IMG/VR virus record: IMGVR_UViG_3300002461_000377
Span: 1-46,075 of that record
Direction: 5' to 3' (one strand)
Source: a virus
Length of the DNA stretch: 46,075 bases
Of the stretch, positions 9,830 to 19,688 are shown one piece after another. A program made the position numbers and the translations under genes. The notes beneath the pieces were generated by a model that saw only the letters and a program-made list of their open reading frames with translations, was not told where the DNA came from and searched no databases. Position 1 is the stretch's first letter. Each line of letters begins with the position of its first letter.

Positions 9830-11563
9830 TTATCTACCCGTTTCAGATCTAAAGGTGGAGAATGTCGGAGGCGTAGCTGCTGCCTCCGCAGCACGTTCCG
9901 CCTGCCGCGACCCAGGAAATGGCTGCGTGCTGCCAGGAAACAACGTCTCTGCGAATGGCTGGCTACTTCCTGCTACTGGCTGCCCTTGCTGCCCGAATCT
10001 GCGCAGTAAGTACAGCTGTACCTGCTCCGGTTTAGTAAGGTCCACAGTCATCGAGCGATTACCGCTAGTAAGAACAACAGAGTAGCTGCGGGGTAGTTCC
10101 ACTTTGAACGCCGCCGCATTGCTCTGCTTATTACGCTCTGCTACGTTCGCTGCGTAATACTGTGCGATTGCGTATGCCTGCCCGGTGGTAGGGACACCCT
10201 TAGCAGCAAGCCCAGTTGCGATAGTCTCCACAACTGTCGCGGTAGTGGGATTCGTGACTGTCATCAAGGGAGCGAGGACCGTGCCCGCGACGCTCTTATT
10301 AAAATTCGTGAACGTGCCTGCCATAACTGCGGGCGGCAGCTCTTTAAGGAAGCTAGTAGCTTCTGTCACGGGCTCAGTTGCAAGCTTCACTAGCCGCTCG
10401 GTAAGTCTGCGGGCAACGTAGCCTTCCTTGTCCTTGTTATACTCCTCGTAATCTCGGATATTTTCCGGCTTCACGCTGCTCGTGATCTGATGCACGAGGC
10501 CAGTAATTTGACGTTGCCACTCTCTTGTCGTAGCAGGTAGATTTGGGCCCCCGAAAGTATTGATATTCTTCCAGGCATCGTAGGGATTCACGCCGTAGTT
10601 GCCTGCCATAGCGCCGGACATGAATCTAAACTGCTCTTTCGCGGGCAGCCTCTCGAACATGCTCATGGTAAACATCTTAGGGTCATGTCCGTAAGCAGCT
10701 GCTGCAATAGCAATCGCCTGCTTCTTAGCATTGAGATCCGTAAGCATCTCCGTGGCCCGCGCTGTTTCTGCTTCCCGGCGCGTAGAGCTTTCAGCCCACT
10801 TGATAGCCTCAATGCGAGATTGGAAGTTAGCGCTGGCAGCAGTCATTTGCTGTGCTGAGAGCCCCTGCTCACTCATCATGTACTGGTGCGTGTTAGCCAT
10901 AGCTTGCTGGGCGTAACTTACGCGCGTATTGATAAGCTCGAGATCTATGATGTTGTTTCTGCGGGCAGCCTCTGCCATGGATTTCTTAGCAGCAGCAGCT
11001 GCCTGCTCTGTGCTGATCGCAGGAATAGTGGCGTGCGCCATAGTAGTTTGCGCCGCACTGCGGGCCTCAATGCGCTTAAGATCAGCGTTCATTGAATCAA
11101 TCTTCGTGGCCCGCGTATTGTAGTCAGCAGCGATCTGCGGCAACTCGATAGCATTAATGATGAACGACAGCGGGTCATCAAGTACGCTGGTCGAAGAGCG
11201 TCGCCGAATATCTTCCAGCATGCTATTTGCTTTGTCACTCTCCTCGCGGATAGAAAGTGCTAGGCGTGATGCTACGCTGGCAGGATCTTGGGCGTTGCCC
11301 CCGAATCTAGCTTGGACTTCCTTAGCTGCGTCTGCACGCACTTGAGCTTGCTGCTGATCTGCAGCGCGGGCAGCTGCCTCACTCTCCCCGATTTGCGTCT
11401 CTACTTGCTTACGCTCTACTGCTATGCCTTCCTGCGCTTTAAGCATGTCGCGGAGCAGCTGGTTAGCATCTACCTGCGCAGACTTGAAGTCCCGCTGCGA
11501 CTGTACGTAAGCAGCGCTAGGGCCGATATTTAGCGTAGGTAATGCTACGGGATTCTGAGCCAT
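9830..11563 (-). CDS. Internal virion protein, Ala/Gln-rich and coiled-coil-like (577 aa)
   Basis: Long ORF packed tightly between two other large virion ORFs. Composition is rich in A, Q, E and R. Confidence 0.5.
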   Translation of the reverse strand: MAQNPVALPTLNIGPSAAYVQSQRDFKSAQVDANQLLRDMLKAQEGIAVERKQVETQIGESEAAARAADQQQAQVRADAAKEVQARFGGNAQDPASVASRLALSIREESDKANSMLEDIRRRSSTSVLDDPLSFIINAIELPQIAADYNTRATKIDSMNADLKRIEARSAAQTTMAHATIPAISTEQAAAAAKKSMAEAARRNNIIDLELINTRVSYAQQAMANTHQYMMSEQGLSAQQMTAASANFQSRIEAIKWAESSTRREAETARATEMLTDLNAKKQAIAIAAAAYGHDPKMFTMSMFERLPAKEQFRFMSGAMAGNYGVNPYDAWKNINTFGGPNLPATTREWQRQITGLVHQITSSVKPENIRDYEEYNKDKEGYVARRLTERLVKLATEPVTEATSFLKELPPAVMAGTFTNFNKSVAGTVLAPLMTVTNPTTATVVETIATGLAAKGVPTTGQAYAIAQYYAANVAERNKQSNAAAFKVELPRSYSVVLTSGNRSMTVDLTKPEQVQLYLLRRFGQQGQPVAGSSQPFAETLFPGSTQPFPGSRQAERAAEAAATPPTFSTFRSETGR

Positions 11564-13074
11564 TAATCTCTCCTAAAGAGCTGCAGGCACTTGGAAGCTA
11601 CGGCATTGATACCGTAAAGCGCTTTGTAGCAGGCGTAGCCTAGCCACGGGGTAGGTAGATTGCGTTGCTTGCTGCGAATGTAGAGTGCCCGCAAATTAAA
11701 CACAGTACGTGCGAAGTTGAACGCAAGGCGCGAATGCTTCATGAGGCGCAGGTAACGAGAGGCAATTGCGTAGTAGCCCCGGACATCATGAGTGCGAGCG
11801 TAGCGTGCGAAATCGCGGGAACTGTAGCGATACAACTCTCGCGGCATCTCCCCGTGAATATACAGCGCCGTGCAGATAACGCTTCCTTCGAATACGTCAC
11901 CGATACCTTCGAAGGCGGTGCTAATTCCCTTGTTAATTCCGCCGAATAGATCCTGCACCTCGTTGATATCGAAGGCGTCGCCGGCAACTCGTAGCGCTGT
12001 CATGTACGGGAAGCCCATACTGAATCCTGCATCAGTAGCAAGATCAGTAGCAGCGCTGCCCGCGAAATCGAAGCCAGCATCAAGGCCGTAATCGAGCGCA
12101 CCATCAAACCCAAAGTCTAGCGCGCTATCAAAGCCAAAATCGAGCCCGGCGCTAGATGCAAAGTCAGTGCCAAAATCGAAGATGCCAGTAGCTGCGTCCA
12201 GCGCTGTGTCGCCGAATAGGTCTAAGCCGCCGAATCCCAAATCTAAGCTCGGCGAGAATGCGTCAGATATCAAGTCAGAGCCGAAACTCCCAAAGCCGCC
12301 GAAACCACCGAAATTACCAATGCCCGAAAATAGATCATCGGAAGCAAGAGAGTAGTCAATGCCTCCGCCGATTGAGCCTAGGGACTTACCTAGCACATCA
12401 CTGAAATCAAGAGAGCCTCCGCCGGGAGCAAAAGCCCCTGGCAGTGAGCTGGTGAAACTATTCAGCGCGGCTAACGGGTTGGTAGTAATACTTCCCGCGT
12501 CAGAGCCGAATAGGCTGCCCGCGGCTGTAGTTAACGCCTTACCTCCGGTCTTCTTCCCAGGCTCTGCTAGCATCCTCTTAAGCAAGGACATCAAGCCGAT
12601 GCCGCCGGCCTGCGTGAGGATGGCAGTAGGATCAATCTTAGTTTGCGGTTTTGTTTGTACACCACGCGTAGCTTGTGCAGCAGTCCCCGCAGCGTTAGCT
12701 GCTACTGATCCATACTGCGCATTTGCCTGCATCAGCGTGCGAGCAAGCTCACCAGCTCTGGCGACAGCCATCTGGTCTGCCTGCAATCCAGTGCTGCTAA
12801 CGTTAGCCATGCCGGCAGCGCGCTCCTTACCAAGGATAGGAGCAAATTCGCGGGCCGCAGACTGCATCGCAGCTTGAATAAGTGCGTTAGCATCGATGCC
12901 CGCGTTCTCTTTCGAGAAGCCGCTAGCAATCTGCGCCAACGCTGCCAAGGCTCCGGGGTCTGCAGTCCCTGTTTGTTTCTGGCCTGTCGTAGTAAATCCT
13001 TTGAACAGCCCCATCAGCTGGGTAAGCTGACTCATCTGATCAGGAACTTGTACTTTTGTGGTAGTTTCAGCCAT
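11563..13074 (-). CDS. Internal virion protein with Gly/Asp/Phe-rich (L/I)DFGFD-type repeats (503 aa)
   Basis: Central low-complexity run ...LDFGFDSALDFGFDGALDYGLDAGFDFAGS..., followed by a basic, aromatic C-terminal domain. Confidence 0.5.
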   Translation of the reverse strand: MAETTTKVQVPDQMSQLTQLMGLFKGFTTTGQKQTGTADPGALAALAQIASGFSKENAGIDANALIQAAMQSAAREFAPILGKERAAGMANVSSTGLQADQMAVARAGELARTLMQANAQYGSVAANAAGTAAQATRGVQTKPQTKIDPTAILTQAGGIGLMSLLKRMLAEPGKKTGGKALTTAAGSLFGSDAGSITTNPLAALNSFTSSLPGAFAPGGGSLDFSDVLGKSLGSIGGGIDYSLASDDLFSGIGNFGGFGGFGSFGSDLISDAFSPSLDLGFGGLDLFGDTALDAATGIFDFGTDFASSAGLDFGFDSALDFGFDGALDYGLDAGFDFAGSAATDLATDAGFSMGFPYMTALRVAGDAFDINEVQDLFGGINKGISTAFEGIGDVFEGSVICTALYIHGEMPRELYRYSSRDFARYARTHDVRGYYAIASRYLRLMKHSRLAFNFARTVFNLRALYIRSKQRNLPTPWLGYACYKALYGINAVASKCLQLFRRD

Positions 13075-13100
13075 GATCGCGGGCCTCGTCCTGGATAGGG

Positions 13101-13400
13101 TTAATCTTTGCCGCCGTTATGCATATTCTTTAACAGGAGCATCTTAAGCTCGTCTATTTTATTATAGATATGGACGACGTTATCACGCAGTTCGCTGCGA
13201 CTTTGTTCTGCGCGAGCTTCGTAGGCGCTAAAGTCGTGCTTAGAGACAGTGTCTTGCAGCATCCGAACCTCTAGTTCTGCCACTTTTTTCTCCGCGTCGG
13301 AAATCCGCTTATGTGTGCTAGTCCAGATCCAGCCAACGAGCGCTGTAATACCAATGGCAACAGCGCCTTCAATGCGCTCAAGAAAAGACAGGTCAGCCAC
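13101..13400 (-). CDS. Membrane-anchored coiled-coil protein (99 aa)
   Basis: N-terminal hydrophobic helix AVAIGITALVGWIW, followed by a heptad-like charged region. Confidence 0.45.
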   Translation of the reverse strand: MADLSFLERIEGAVAIGITALVGWIWTSTHKRISDAEKKVAELEVRMLQDTVSKHDFSAYEARAEQSRSELRDNVVHIYNKIDELKMLLLKNMHNGGKD

Positions 13401-13424
13401 GATCCCACGCTCCTTAAGCGCCTG

Positions 13425-14858
13425 TTATGGCATGTATGAATTGCGTCGCAGACCATAAGGAGCTACGATGCCCGAGGGCGTGAATACAAATCCGTTACTT
13501 TTATCTATCAAGTCAGGCCCTACGTCCTCACAGTCTAGGTTAATTACTGTAGTAAGTTCCGCAGGCTGCTGCCCTTTAAGATACCACTCCCGCATCGCAG
13601 CACGCGAAGGCATTGACGATGCGTAGAACAAGTTGAAATCATCCAAACTACCCGGCCATTCAGTACCGGCTCCACCGCCTAGGATAATTTCATTAGCGCC
13701 CCTGAATATATTCCAGCTATTCTGTGTCCAGCCAGCTACGTTAGACAGCCTCGCAACTAAGACGCCATTCACATAACCTTCGAAAACTTTTGCCTCATAG
13801 TCACACAGCATATCAAACTTATGCCAGGTGTTCGGAGTAATAGTGGGAAAGATCCCAGGCTGGGGTGAATTCATTGATTGAAAACTATCTGCCGCATCTG
13901 ATCTTGCCGCAAATTCTACCCGCCCAGATGCCACCACCGATAACAAAAGACCTGCAATGGCCGAGCTAGTAGGCACATAAAACATCCTGCGAGAGTTAGC
14001 GGTAGCAGTATACCCAGTCATGTGAGCCCAGATAGACCCTCCAACAACCCGGCGGCCTTGCAGCATATTATACGGCCCATCTGTAGCATGCCGATAGAAT
14101 CCTGCGCTCCCAGATGTAAATACGCATGTACCGCCCTTGCGAGCTGCGATATTAGCAGGTACTGGAGTTTCAAAGCTCCACATTGCCGACGAAGCCAGCG
14201 TACCGCTAAACGCTTCTTGGATAACTCCGGGAACTCCCGAAGTATTTATACATCTGGCAACAGTCCCTCGGCCCTCGTCTAACGGCCATAGGAATCCGAT
14301 ATCGCAGGCAGGGAACTGACCTTTAGCATATAAGTCTGCGATATCTACTTGCGATACGCGGGAAGATCTGCGCTGGATAAATACGTTAGCAAGATGTCCC
14401 TCAAATCCAGACGCCCCACTATCCCCAAGCAGCGACGTTACTGAAGTTACTGACGCAAAATTACGTGGAAATGTGGCGGCGTAGTCCATAACTTGCACCC
14501 CGTTTACCCACATGCGTGTGCGCAATCCAGGGATATCAATCTCACCGACAACATGAGCCCAGCTATTTATTAACGCGGGAAATACCCCGCTTCCGGCTCC
14601 CAATCCTGCCACAGCAAAATCGTTGCTTACGTTATTGACGAAGAGCCCTGCGAACATAGATGAGCCGCTATCCCCGCGAAAGACAAGAAAGTCTCTCCAG
14701 TTAACGCCATCAGCTCTAGTCGTAGGTTTTACCCAGCAGCCAAAAAGCAAGTGCGTTGCGTTCAAGAATGGTGTAGACAAGCCCGCAGGAATAGTAATAT
14801 TCGTAGTTCCTGCGCATCTTGCGGAACATGGAATATCCTGCCGTGCAATCGTAGTCAT
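13425..14858 (-). CDS. LamG/concanavalin-like domain protein, putative tail fibre or receptor-binding protein (477 aa)
   Basis: Two segments of the W-H-hydrophobic-NG-V type (WAHVVGEIDI...MWVNGVQV and WHKFDMLCDY...GYVNGVLV), as seen in Laminin_G_3-like phage proteins. Confidence 0.5.
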   Translation of the reverse strand: MTTIARQDIPCSARCAGTTNITIPAGLSTPFLNATHLLFGCWVKPTTRADGVNWRDFLVFRGDSGSSMFAGLFVNNVSNDFAVAGLGAGSGVFPALINSWAHVVGEIDIPGLRTRMWVNGVQVMDYAATFPRNFASVTSVTSLLGDSGASGFEGHLANVFIQRRSSRVSQVDIADLYAKGQFPACDIGFLWPLDEGRGTVARCINTSGVPGVIQEAFSGTLASSAMWSFETPVPANIAARKGGTCVFTSGSAGFYRHATDGPYNMLQGRRVVGGSIWAHMTGYTATANSRRMFYVPTSSAIAGLLLSVVASGRVEFAARSDAADSFQSMNSPQPGIFPTITPNTWHKFDMLCDYEAKVFEGYVNGVLVARLSNVAGWTQNSWNIFRGANEIILGGGAGTEWPGSLDDFNLFYASSMPSRAAMREWYLKGQQPAELTTVINLDCEDVGPDLIDKSNGFVFTPSGIVAPYGLRRNSYMP

Positions 14859-15580
14859 CGCCCAAAGCCTCCAAATAGCCTGTGTTTCGGTCCATAAGGA
14901 CTCGCAATACTAACACCTACGACAGGAAAGGCGTTAGGACTCCTGTCTACAGGACTCACGATGTCAGGAATCTGCAAGTTAACTACTTCCGTACTGCCAA
15001 CAGGTAAGTTACCTGTAGCGTGAAGTTGCCAAGCATCTTCTGGTGTCATGGGCGCGCGAGGCAGGAATATTTGGAGCGGACCTAAACTGCCCGGCCAGAA
15101 ACCAGAGCCAAATCTAACGTCACCAGCTGCCGCAGGTGTGCAAGAAAACGTGGAATCTTCCCATGCCACGGCTGTATTCATGCCCACAAGCTGGCCATTT
15201 AGCCATAATCGATGAGTGCTATTTCTGTAGTCAGCCTCAGCCAGAATATGAAACCACTCGCGTATTAACGGCCTGTCTGCCCAACCAGTTGTCCCTGGAA
15301 CAATTGTAGAGACTGTGCCCGAATCCCGCGATCTAGCAAATGCCCGCAAAAGTCCGGAAGCCTGGACATTGACGGAGAACCCGCTAGCATTAGCTGCATC
15401 TGGGATAAAGATAAGTCCGCGCTCAGACGCCGGATAGCCAGTCAAGTATCCCCAGCCGGAAGCTGCGATAATAGGCGCTCCGGCCAGCAAGGGATTTACT
15501 AAGGCGTCACTGATAAAATAAAAATCTGCCGCCCCGTCGAGCATGATATAGTTATCAGCTATATCCGCAACGCGCGACAT
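14855..15580 (-). CDS. LamG-like domain protein, paralogue of the downstream gene (241 aa)
   Basis: WFHILAEADY...LWLNGQLV block. C-terminal ASPYG motif resembles the APYG end of 13425..14858. The two genes overlap by 4 nt. Confidence 0.5.
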   Translation of the reverse strand: MSRVADIADNYIMLDGAADFYFISDALVNPLLAGAPIIAASGWGYLTGYPASERGLIFIPDAANASGFSVNVQASGLLRAFARSRDSGTVSTIVPGTTGWADRPLIREWFHILAEADYRNSTHRLWLNGQLVGMNTAVAWEDSTFSCTPAAAGDVRFGSGFWPGSLGPLQIFLPRAPMTPEDAWQLHATGNLPVGSTEVVNLQIPDIVSPVDRSPNAFPVVGVSIASPYGPKHRLFGGFGR

Positions 15581-15582
15581 AA

Positions 15583-15876
15583 CTAGTCTCGCTCCGCATC
15601 TACAGCCGGAGCTGCCAGCAGCGCGGTCTGCTCCTCAGCAGTAAGCGCGGGCACATCAGGCTGTTGTCGCATTTGCCGCGCAGCGCGTGCGCCTTGAGCA
15701 AAAGCCCTGACATACTGGCGTAATTGCTGCGGGAACTCAGCGCTCCTGGGATTAAGGTGCGTGATGTTCTTCGTTATAGTTCCTAGAGGGCCGCCAAATA
15801 CCATTTCTACCGTGATAAATCGCCGGCCTCCATTAGGTTCGCGCCCCACAGCAGTAACTTTGAAATCTACAGCCAT
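15583..15876 (-). CDS. Hypothetical virion-module protein (97 aa)
   Basis: ORF packed tightly in the structural operon. Confidence 0.45.
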   Translation of the reverse strand: MAVDFKVTAVGREPNGGRRFITVEMVFGGPLGTITKNITHLNPRSAEFPQQLRQYVRAFAQGARAARQMRQQPDVPALTAEEQTALLAAPAVDAERD

Positions 15877-15913
15877 GACTATCTCCTAGAATTCTATTAT
15901 CTACGGGAGCCGA

Positions 15914-16339
15914 TTACTCGACTTGCACCAGGATTTCGGCAGTGCCCGCAGAGTACACGCCAGCAGCTGCGCCGTAATCGATGAAGACACCGAGGGAGAA
16001 TTCAAGCTCCAAATCATTGATAAGGGAAGCTGCCCCCGTGTTAATCAGGTCTCCGCGCCACAGCACGTTGCCAGAGGCAGCCGTATTGTCGAAGATAGTA
16101 ACCGGCACTGATGTAACGCCTGTCATGCTAGATCTGTTAACGATGACAGTGCGAAGAATCCCGGGCCCGGATTTAACAATCTCATCTGCGGGCGGTGTGC
16201 CAGTAGACATCTGCCGGTAGAATGGCGCACATGCACGCGTAGTACGCAGCGGCTTAGTAACGCCAACAGCGCCCTCGCCAGAAAGCAGTGATCCAAACAG
16301 CACCCAGAAGGTTTTGAAGTCCTCGAATACTTTGAACAT
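15914..16339 (-). CDS. Hypothetical virion-module protein (141 aa)
   Basis: ORF in the structural operon. Confidence 0.45.
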   Translation of the reverse strand: MFKVFEDFKTFWVLFGSLLSGEGAVGVTKPLRTTRACAPFYRQMSTGTPPADEIVKSGPGILRTVIVNRSSMTGVTSVPVTIFDNTAASGNVLWRGDLINTGAASLINDLELEFSLGVFIDYGAAAGVYSAGTAEILVQVE

Positions 16340-16351
16340 AATCCCGGCTCC

Positions 16352-16927
16352 TTAGTGCTGCACCCACTGCAGCGAAGTATCAAATAGCAACTCTGTCGCA
16401 CTTAGCGCAAACCCTATTACTTGCGAGATGTTGCCCGCGGCTACTGGAGCTGTAGCAGTAATAAGGCCGTTAGTGGTAGAGAGAAAGTACCTCGTGCCAG
16501 GCGTTAAGCCAGTAGTAAGCACAAGGCCCGAAAGTACAATTACTTCTGTAACAGCGCCGCCACCGACAGTGCCCGCAGCTTCTCCGCAATACCCATGCGC
16601 CATTTTCGTATTATTTGTGGCGTTAGCATTGCGGGCATTAAGAACTCCGGCGTTATTATACAGGTTAACCATGCCCCCGTAAACAATAGCCTCGCTCGCG
16701 GGCACGTACAACCTATGCATGTTCTCGGGATACACAGTATCTCGGGGCCGTAATGTAGCCCAATCCCCACGAACACGCTGCGCTACGCCACAATACTGCG
16801 TAAAGGCTACTTGCAGCTGTATTAGCGCATTGTATAGCGGAGATAAGAGATTGTATAGCCGGGGATCTTGGGTATCAGGTGTGTCGCCAAGGCCAAGGCT
16901 AAAAGGAGAACTAAAGCGCTGTGCCAT
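16352..16927 (-). CDS. Putative tail or fibre-associated protein (191 aa)
   Basis: ATG at 16927 lies 2 nt after the upstream stop (MAQRFSS...). C-terminal YFLSTTNGLITATAPVAAGNISQVIGFALSATELLF resembles fibre-type C-terminal segments. Confidence 0.45.
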   Translation of the reverse strand: MAQRFSSPFSLGLGDTPDTQDPRLYNLLSPLYNALIQLQVAFTQYCGVAQRVRGDWATLRPRDTVYPENMHRLYVPASEAIVYGGMVNLYNNAGVLNARNANATNNTKMAHGYCGEAAGTVGGGAVTEVIVLSGLVLTTGLTPGTRYFLSTTNGLITATAPVAAGNISQVIGFALSATELLFDTSLQWVQH

Positions 16928-16929
16928 AA

Positions 16930-18591
16930 TTAACGATCCCCGGCCTGAATGCCTGATATTTGAATGCTGCACATGGCAAATACTCCCTTAATTACAAGAG
17001 AGTGATTGATGCCAGTAACACGCCCCTCGTATACACGCAGATTCTCTGCTTCCTCTACCAGCACTGGCGATGTTTGCAAGCTAGCTAGCGTCTTACCGTT
17101 ATATGAAGTCCACCAGTAGTGCTCGAAATTGCTTCCTTCGGTAGTCATCGGGGTGCTTTCCAGCTCGACCTTGTGCAAGGTAAAGTCTGAATTGCGGGCA
17201 AGCTGGAATTTCCCTAGGATGAGTACGCCCTCGGAATCTGTAGGCGCGAAGGAGAAGTCCAGAAGTACGACAGTGCCATCCTTCTGCAGAAATGCTATGT
17301 CTCTGCGGGCCTGCGTTACGAGTTTCTGCTGTGAAAGCAGGTCCGCGTACGATGTATGTAGCAAGTCCTCGTACATCGTATTCGCAGCCAGCATCATCTG
17401 GTAGGTAATCACACCAAATAGGTTAGGCGAGTTCCAGGGGAAGCAATCCAAGTGCTCGATCTTAAGCTTACCCCAGCGCTCCAGCGTCTCATCATAGATA
17501 AGAGCGTGCGTATACCCAGTCTTACCGTAGCTAACGATGAGATACCTATTACCTACGTGAGTGAGTTTTACGCTGAGGTTCGCTGTTAGCTTCTCAGCCG
17601 TGAGTGTATTCGCGGCGTAGTCAAAGTCTTCGAAGATCTGCGATGTCAAGAAGTCTGTGACTTGCGGGTACGCGTTAGCAGCAACGCTTTTCTCTACCTT
17701 GAGTAGCCCGTTAGAAGTCCAAGCATAGTGATAATGCAGGTTCTCCTCAAAGGTTACGTGCTCCGCATGAATAACGCCGCCGCTGCCCGGAATTTCTTTC
17801 ATATTCCACGGGATCTGCAAGTTGCCTGTATAGGTAGCCTGCACTGCGTTGGCAGTACTATATACGATGAAGCCGTTAGTAATCGGAAGGTAAGCGGTTT
17901 GCTGCCCGCGAAGATCGAGGACAGTTCCGCTGCCTGCGCCAGTAACGAGACTTGTGACAAAATCTACAGGATCTGTTAAGCTGCTCCAGTACAGGTTATC
18001 TTGGCCGCCGAAAGCAAGCAGATAGCCAGACGACGCTGCAATCCCGGTGACAGCTGTGTTAGACAGCCCAGTCATAGGAACGTTAGTTAGCGTGTTAGCA
18101 ACAAAGTTATACTCGTATAAGCCGTAACTCTGGAAGCAGATAAATTGCCGGCCCTGTACAAATGCAGTTGTGACTACCGTAGTAGTCCCGATCTCATCAG
18201 CAACGAATAAATTGAAGCGGTACCACGCTGCTTGTACAGCATTGTATACGTAAGCAGCTCCGCCCGCGGGCACGAACACACCTCTGCGGCCCTCAGCATC
18301 TCTGATAGAGAACGCGCGGTCAAAGTGCGTAACAGCAGGAATCGCAGCTTCGATAGCAGAAGAATACGAGACACTAGCAAAGCCTTCTTGCGTAGGCACG
18401 ACATTCTGCATGAATAGCGCCTGCGGGATACCAATATCCCTGTCAAGATCCCGGCCGCCAAACGAGTTGAACTTGCTGGCGTTAGTATCCAGCTGCCCAA
18501 CAAGTACTGTACGCCCCTGCTGCGAAGATATCAGGGGCCAGTTAGCTGCATTCAAGTTCCCGCGGAATACGATGTCGGCCATTGCTAGCAC
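16930..18591 (-). CDS. Putative tail (tubular/nozzle-type) structural protein (553 aa)
   Basis: Size and position in the tail module. An alternative start is the ATG at 18582. Confidence 0.45.
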   Translation of the reverse strand: MLAMADIVFRGNLNAANWPLISSQQGRTVLVGQLDTNASKFNSFGGRDLDRDIGIPQALFMQNVVPTQEGFASVSYSSAIEAAIPAVTHFDRAFSIRDAEGRRGVFVPAGGAAYVYNAVQAAWYRFNLFVADEIGTTTVVTTAFVQGRQFICFQSYGLYEYNFVANTLTNVPMTGLSNTAVTGIAASSGYLLAFGGQDNLYWSSLTDPVDFVTSLVTGAGSGTVLDLRGQQTAYLPITNGFIVYSTANAVQATYTGNLQIPWNMKEIPGSGGVIHAEHVTFEENLHYHYAWTSNGLLKVEKSVAANAYPQVTDFLTSQIFEDFDYAANTLTAEKLTANLSVKLTHVGNRYLIVSYGKTGYTHALIYDETLERWGKLKIEHLDCFPWNSPNLFGVITYQMMLAANTMYEDLLHTSYADLLSQQKLVTQARRDIAFLQKDGTVVLLDFSFAPTDSEGVLILGKFQLARNSDFTLHKVELESTPMTTEGSNFEHYWWTSYNGKTLASLQTSPVLVEEAENLRVYEGRVTGINHSLVIKGVFAMCSIQISGIQAGDR

Positions 18592-19688
18592 CTCATCAGG
18601 GAGTAGTAAAGCTGCGCCCCAATAGTATGATGGAATGCCATGATGTTGTTAGCCGTTATGCCCAAAGGAAAGCGGCCATTAAGCAGCGTAGGAGACTCTG
18701 CTACCGGAGACGCGCTGCTAACGGTGCAAGCAAATACCTTGGGCGTAGATCCATTAGTGGCGTGTACCCACACTTTACCTCTGGTATCTATTAGCAGCGC
18801 AGCTGCTGTGGACACAGAATTGTACCCAGACGGCAGCGACACTGTGTGAGTAATAGCGCCCGTGCTAGGATCGCGCTGTGTTACAGTGACAGGAGTTCCG
18901 TTCTGCGCAGTCCAAAGAGAGCTGTCAAATCCAGGGCGCGCAGGCTCTAGATCATCGTAGCGGCGCAAGCCCGTGACACCGCGGCAAGCAAACGCAGGCG
19001 ATACGCCACTTATGACATCTACGAGGCTGCTAGTAATATAATTGTAGTACTTAATATTGTTATTGGAGGCTCCCGTCTGCAAATAGCAGCGCTCCGGATT
19101 CTGTCGGAATGCCCCATTGAAGAAACGGTAAGTATCTCCAGAGGCCGCAATAGTATTAGATGCGATGCTTGTGCCGCCAATGCCAACGTCAAGCCTACGC
19201 AAGCGATTTGCAGATGTCTGATCGCCAATCGCCATAAGACTAGTACCGCCATTCCCGGCAGCTATACCTCCAGTACCGACAATATTGTCCCCTCCTGCGA
19301 GGGTATTAAATGTGCCGCTGCCCTGCGCAAGCATCAAGCCAAGCTCGCCGCCAAAATTAGAGTACCAGCATCCGCGCGAGTTTGCCCACCATGTATACGG
19401 ATTAGCATAGTGTGTACGGGGAAAGAAGCCCCAGGATACTTTTGTATAAGTCTCCTTAACTGCGCCAGAGAGATCTAGCACGTTAAATCTGCGGGCAGTA
19501 TTACCAGTACGCGCGCACCAGAAGTCTCCCCACAAGCTTAGATGGTCATAAACTCCTGACGACGGCGCTGTAAGATCTGCAGTGCTGCCATAGTTAACGT
19601 CAGCTGACATCGGGCGCACACTGGAAAGATCAAGCGCAGCTCGCCCGTAACTAAGCAACATCGCATGGTGAGGGCCCGGAGAACTCAT
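18585..19688 (-). CDS. Putative tail structural protein (367 aa)
   Basis: ORF in the tail module, overlapping its neighbours by a few nt. Confidence 0.4.
   Translation of the reverse strand: MSSPGPHHAMLLSYGRAALDLSSVRPMSADVNYGSTADLTAPSSGVYDHLSLWGDFWCARTGNTARRFNVLDLSGAVKETYTKVSWGFFPRTHYANPYTWWANSRGCWYSNFGGELGLMLAQGSGTFNTLAGGDNIVGTGGIAAGNGGTSLMAIGDQTSANRLRRLDVGIGGTSIASNTIAASGDTYRFFNGAFRQNPERCYLQTGASNNNIKYYNYITSSLVDVISGVSPAFACRGVTGLRRYDDLEPARPGFDSSLWTAQNGTPVTVTQRDPSTGAITHTVSLPSGYNSVSTAAALLIDTRGKVWVHATNGSTPKVFACTVSSASPVAESPTLLNGRFPLGITANNIMAFHHTIGAQLYYSLMRC

Noticed and set aside
13085-15645. A 2.56-kb stretch with no GCCCGCG or CGCGGGC copy, covering the LamG genes. This might have marked a recently acquired module.
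   Set aside because: With about 85 sites at a mean spacing of about 540 bp, the expected largest gap is about 2.4 kb. Other gaps of 1.7-1.9 kb exist. The gap is not clearly significant without a formal test.
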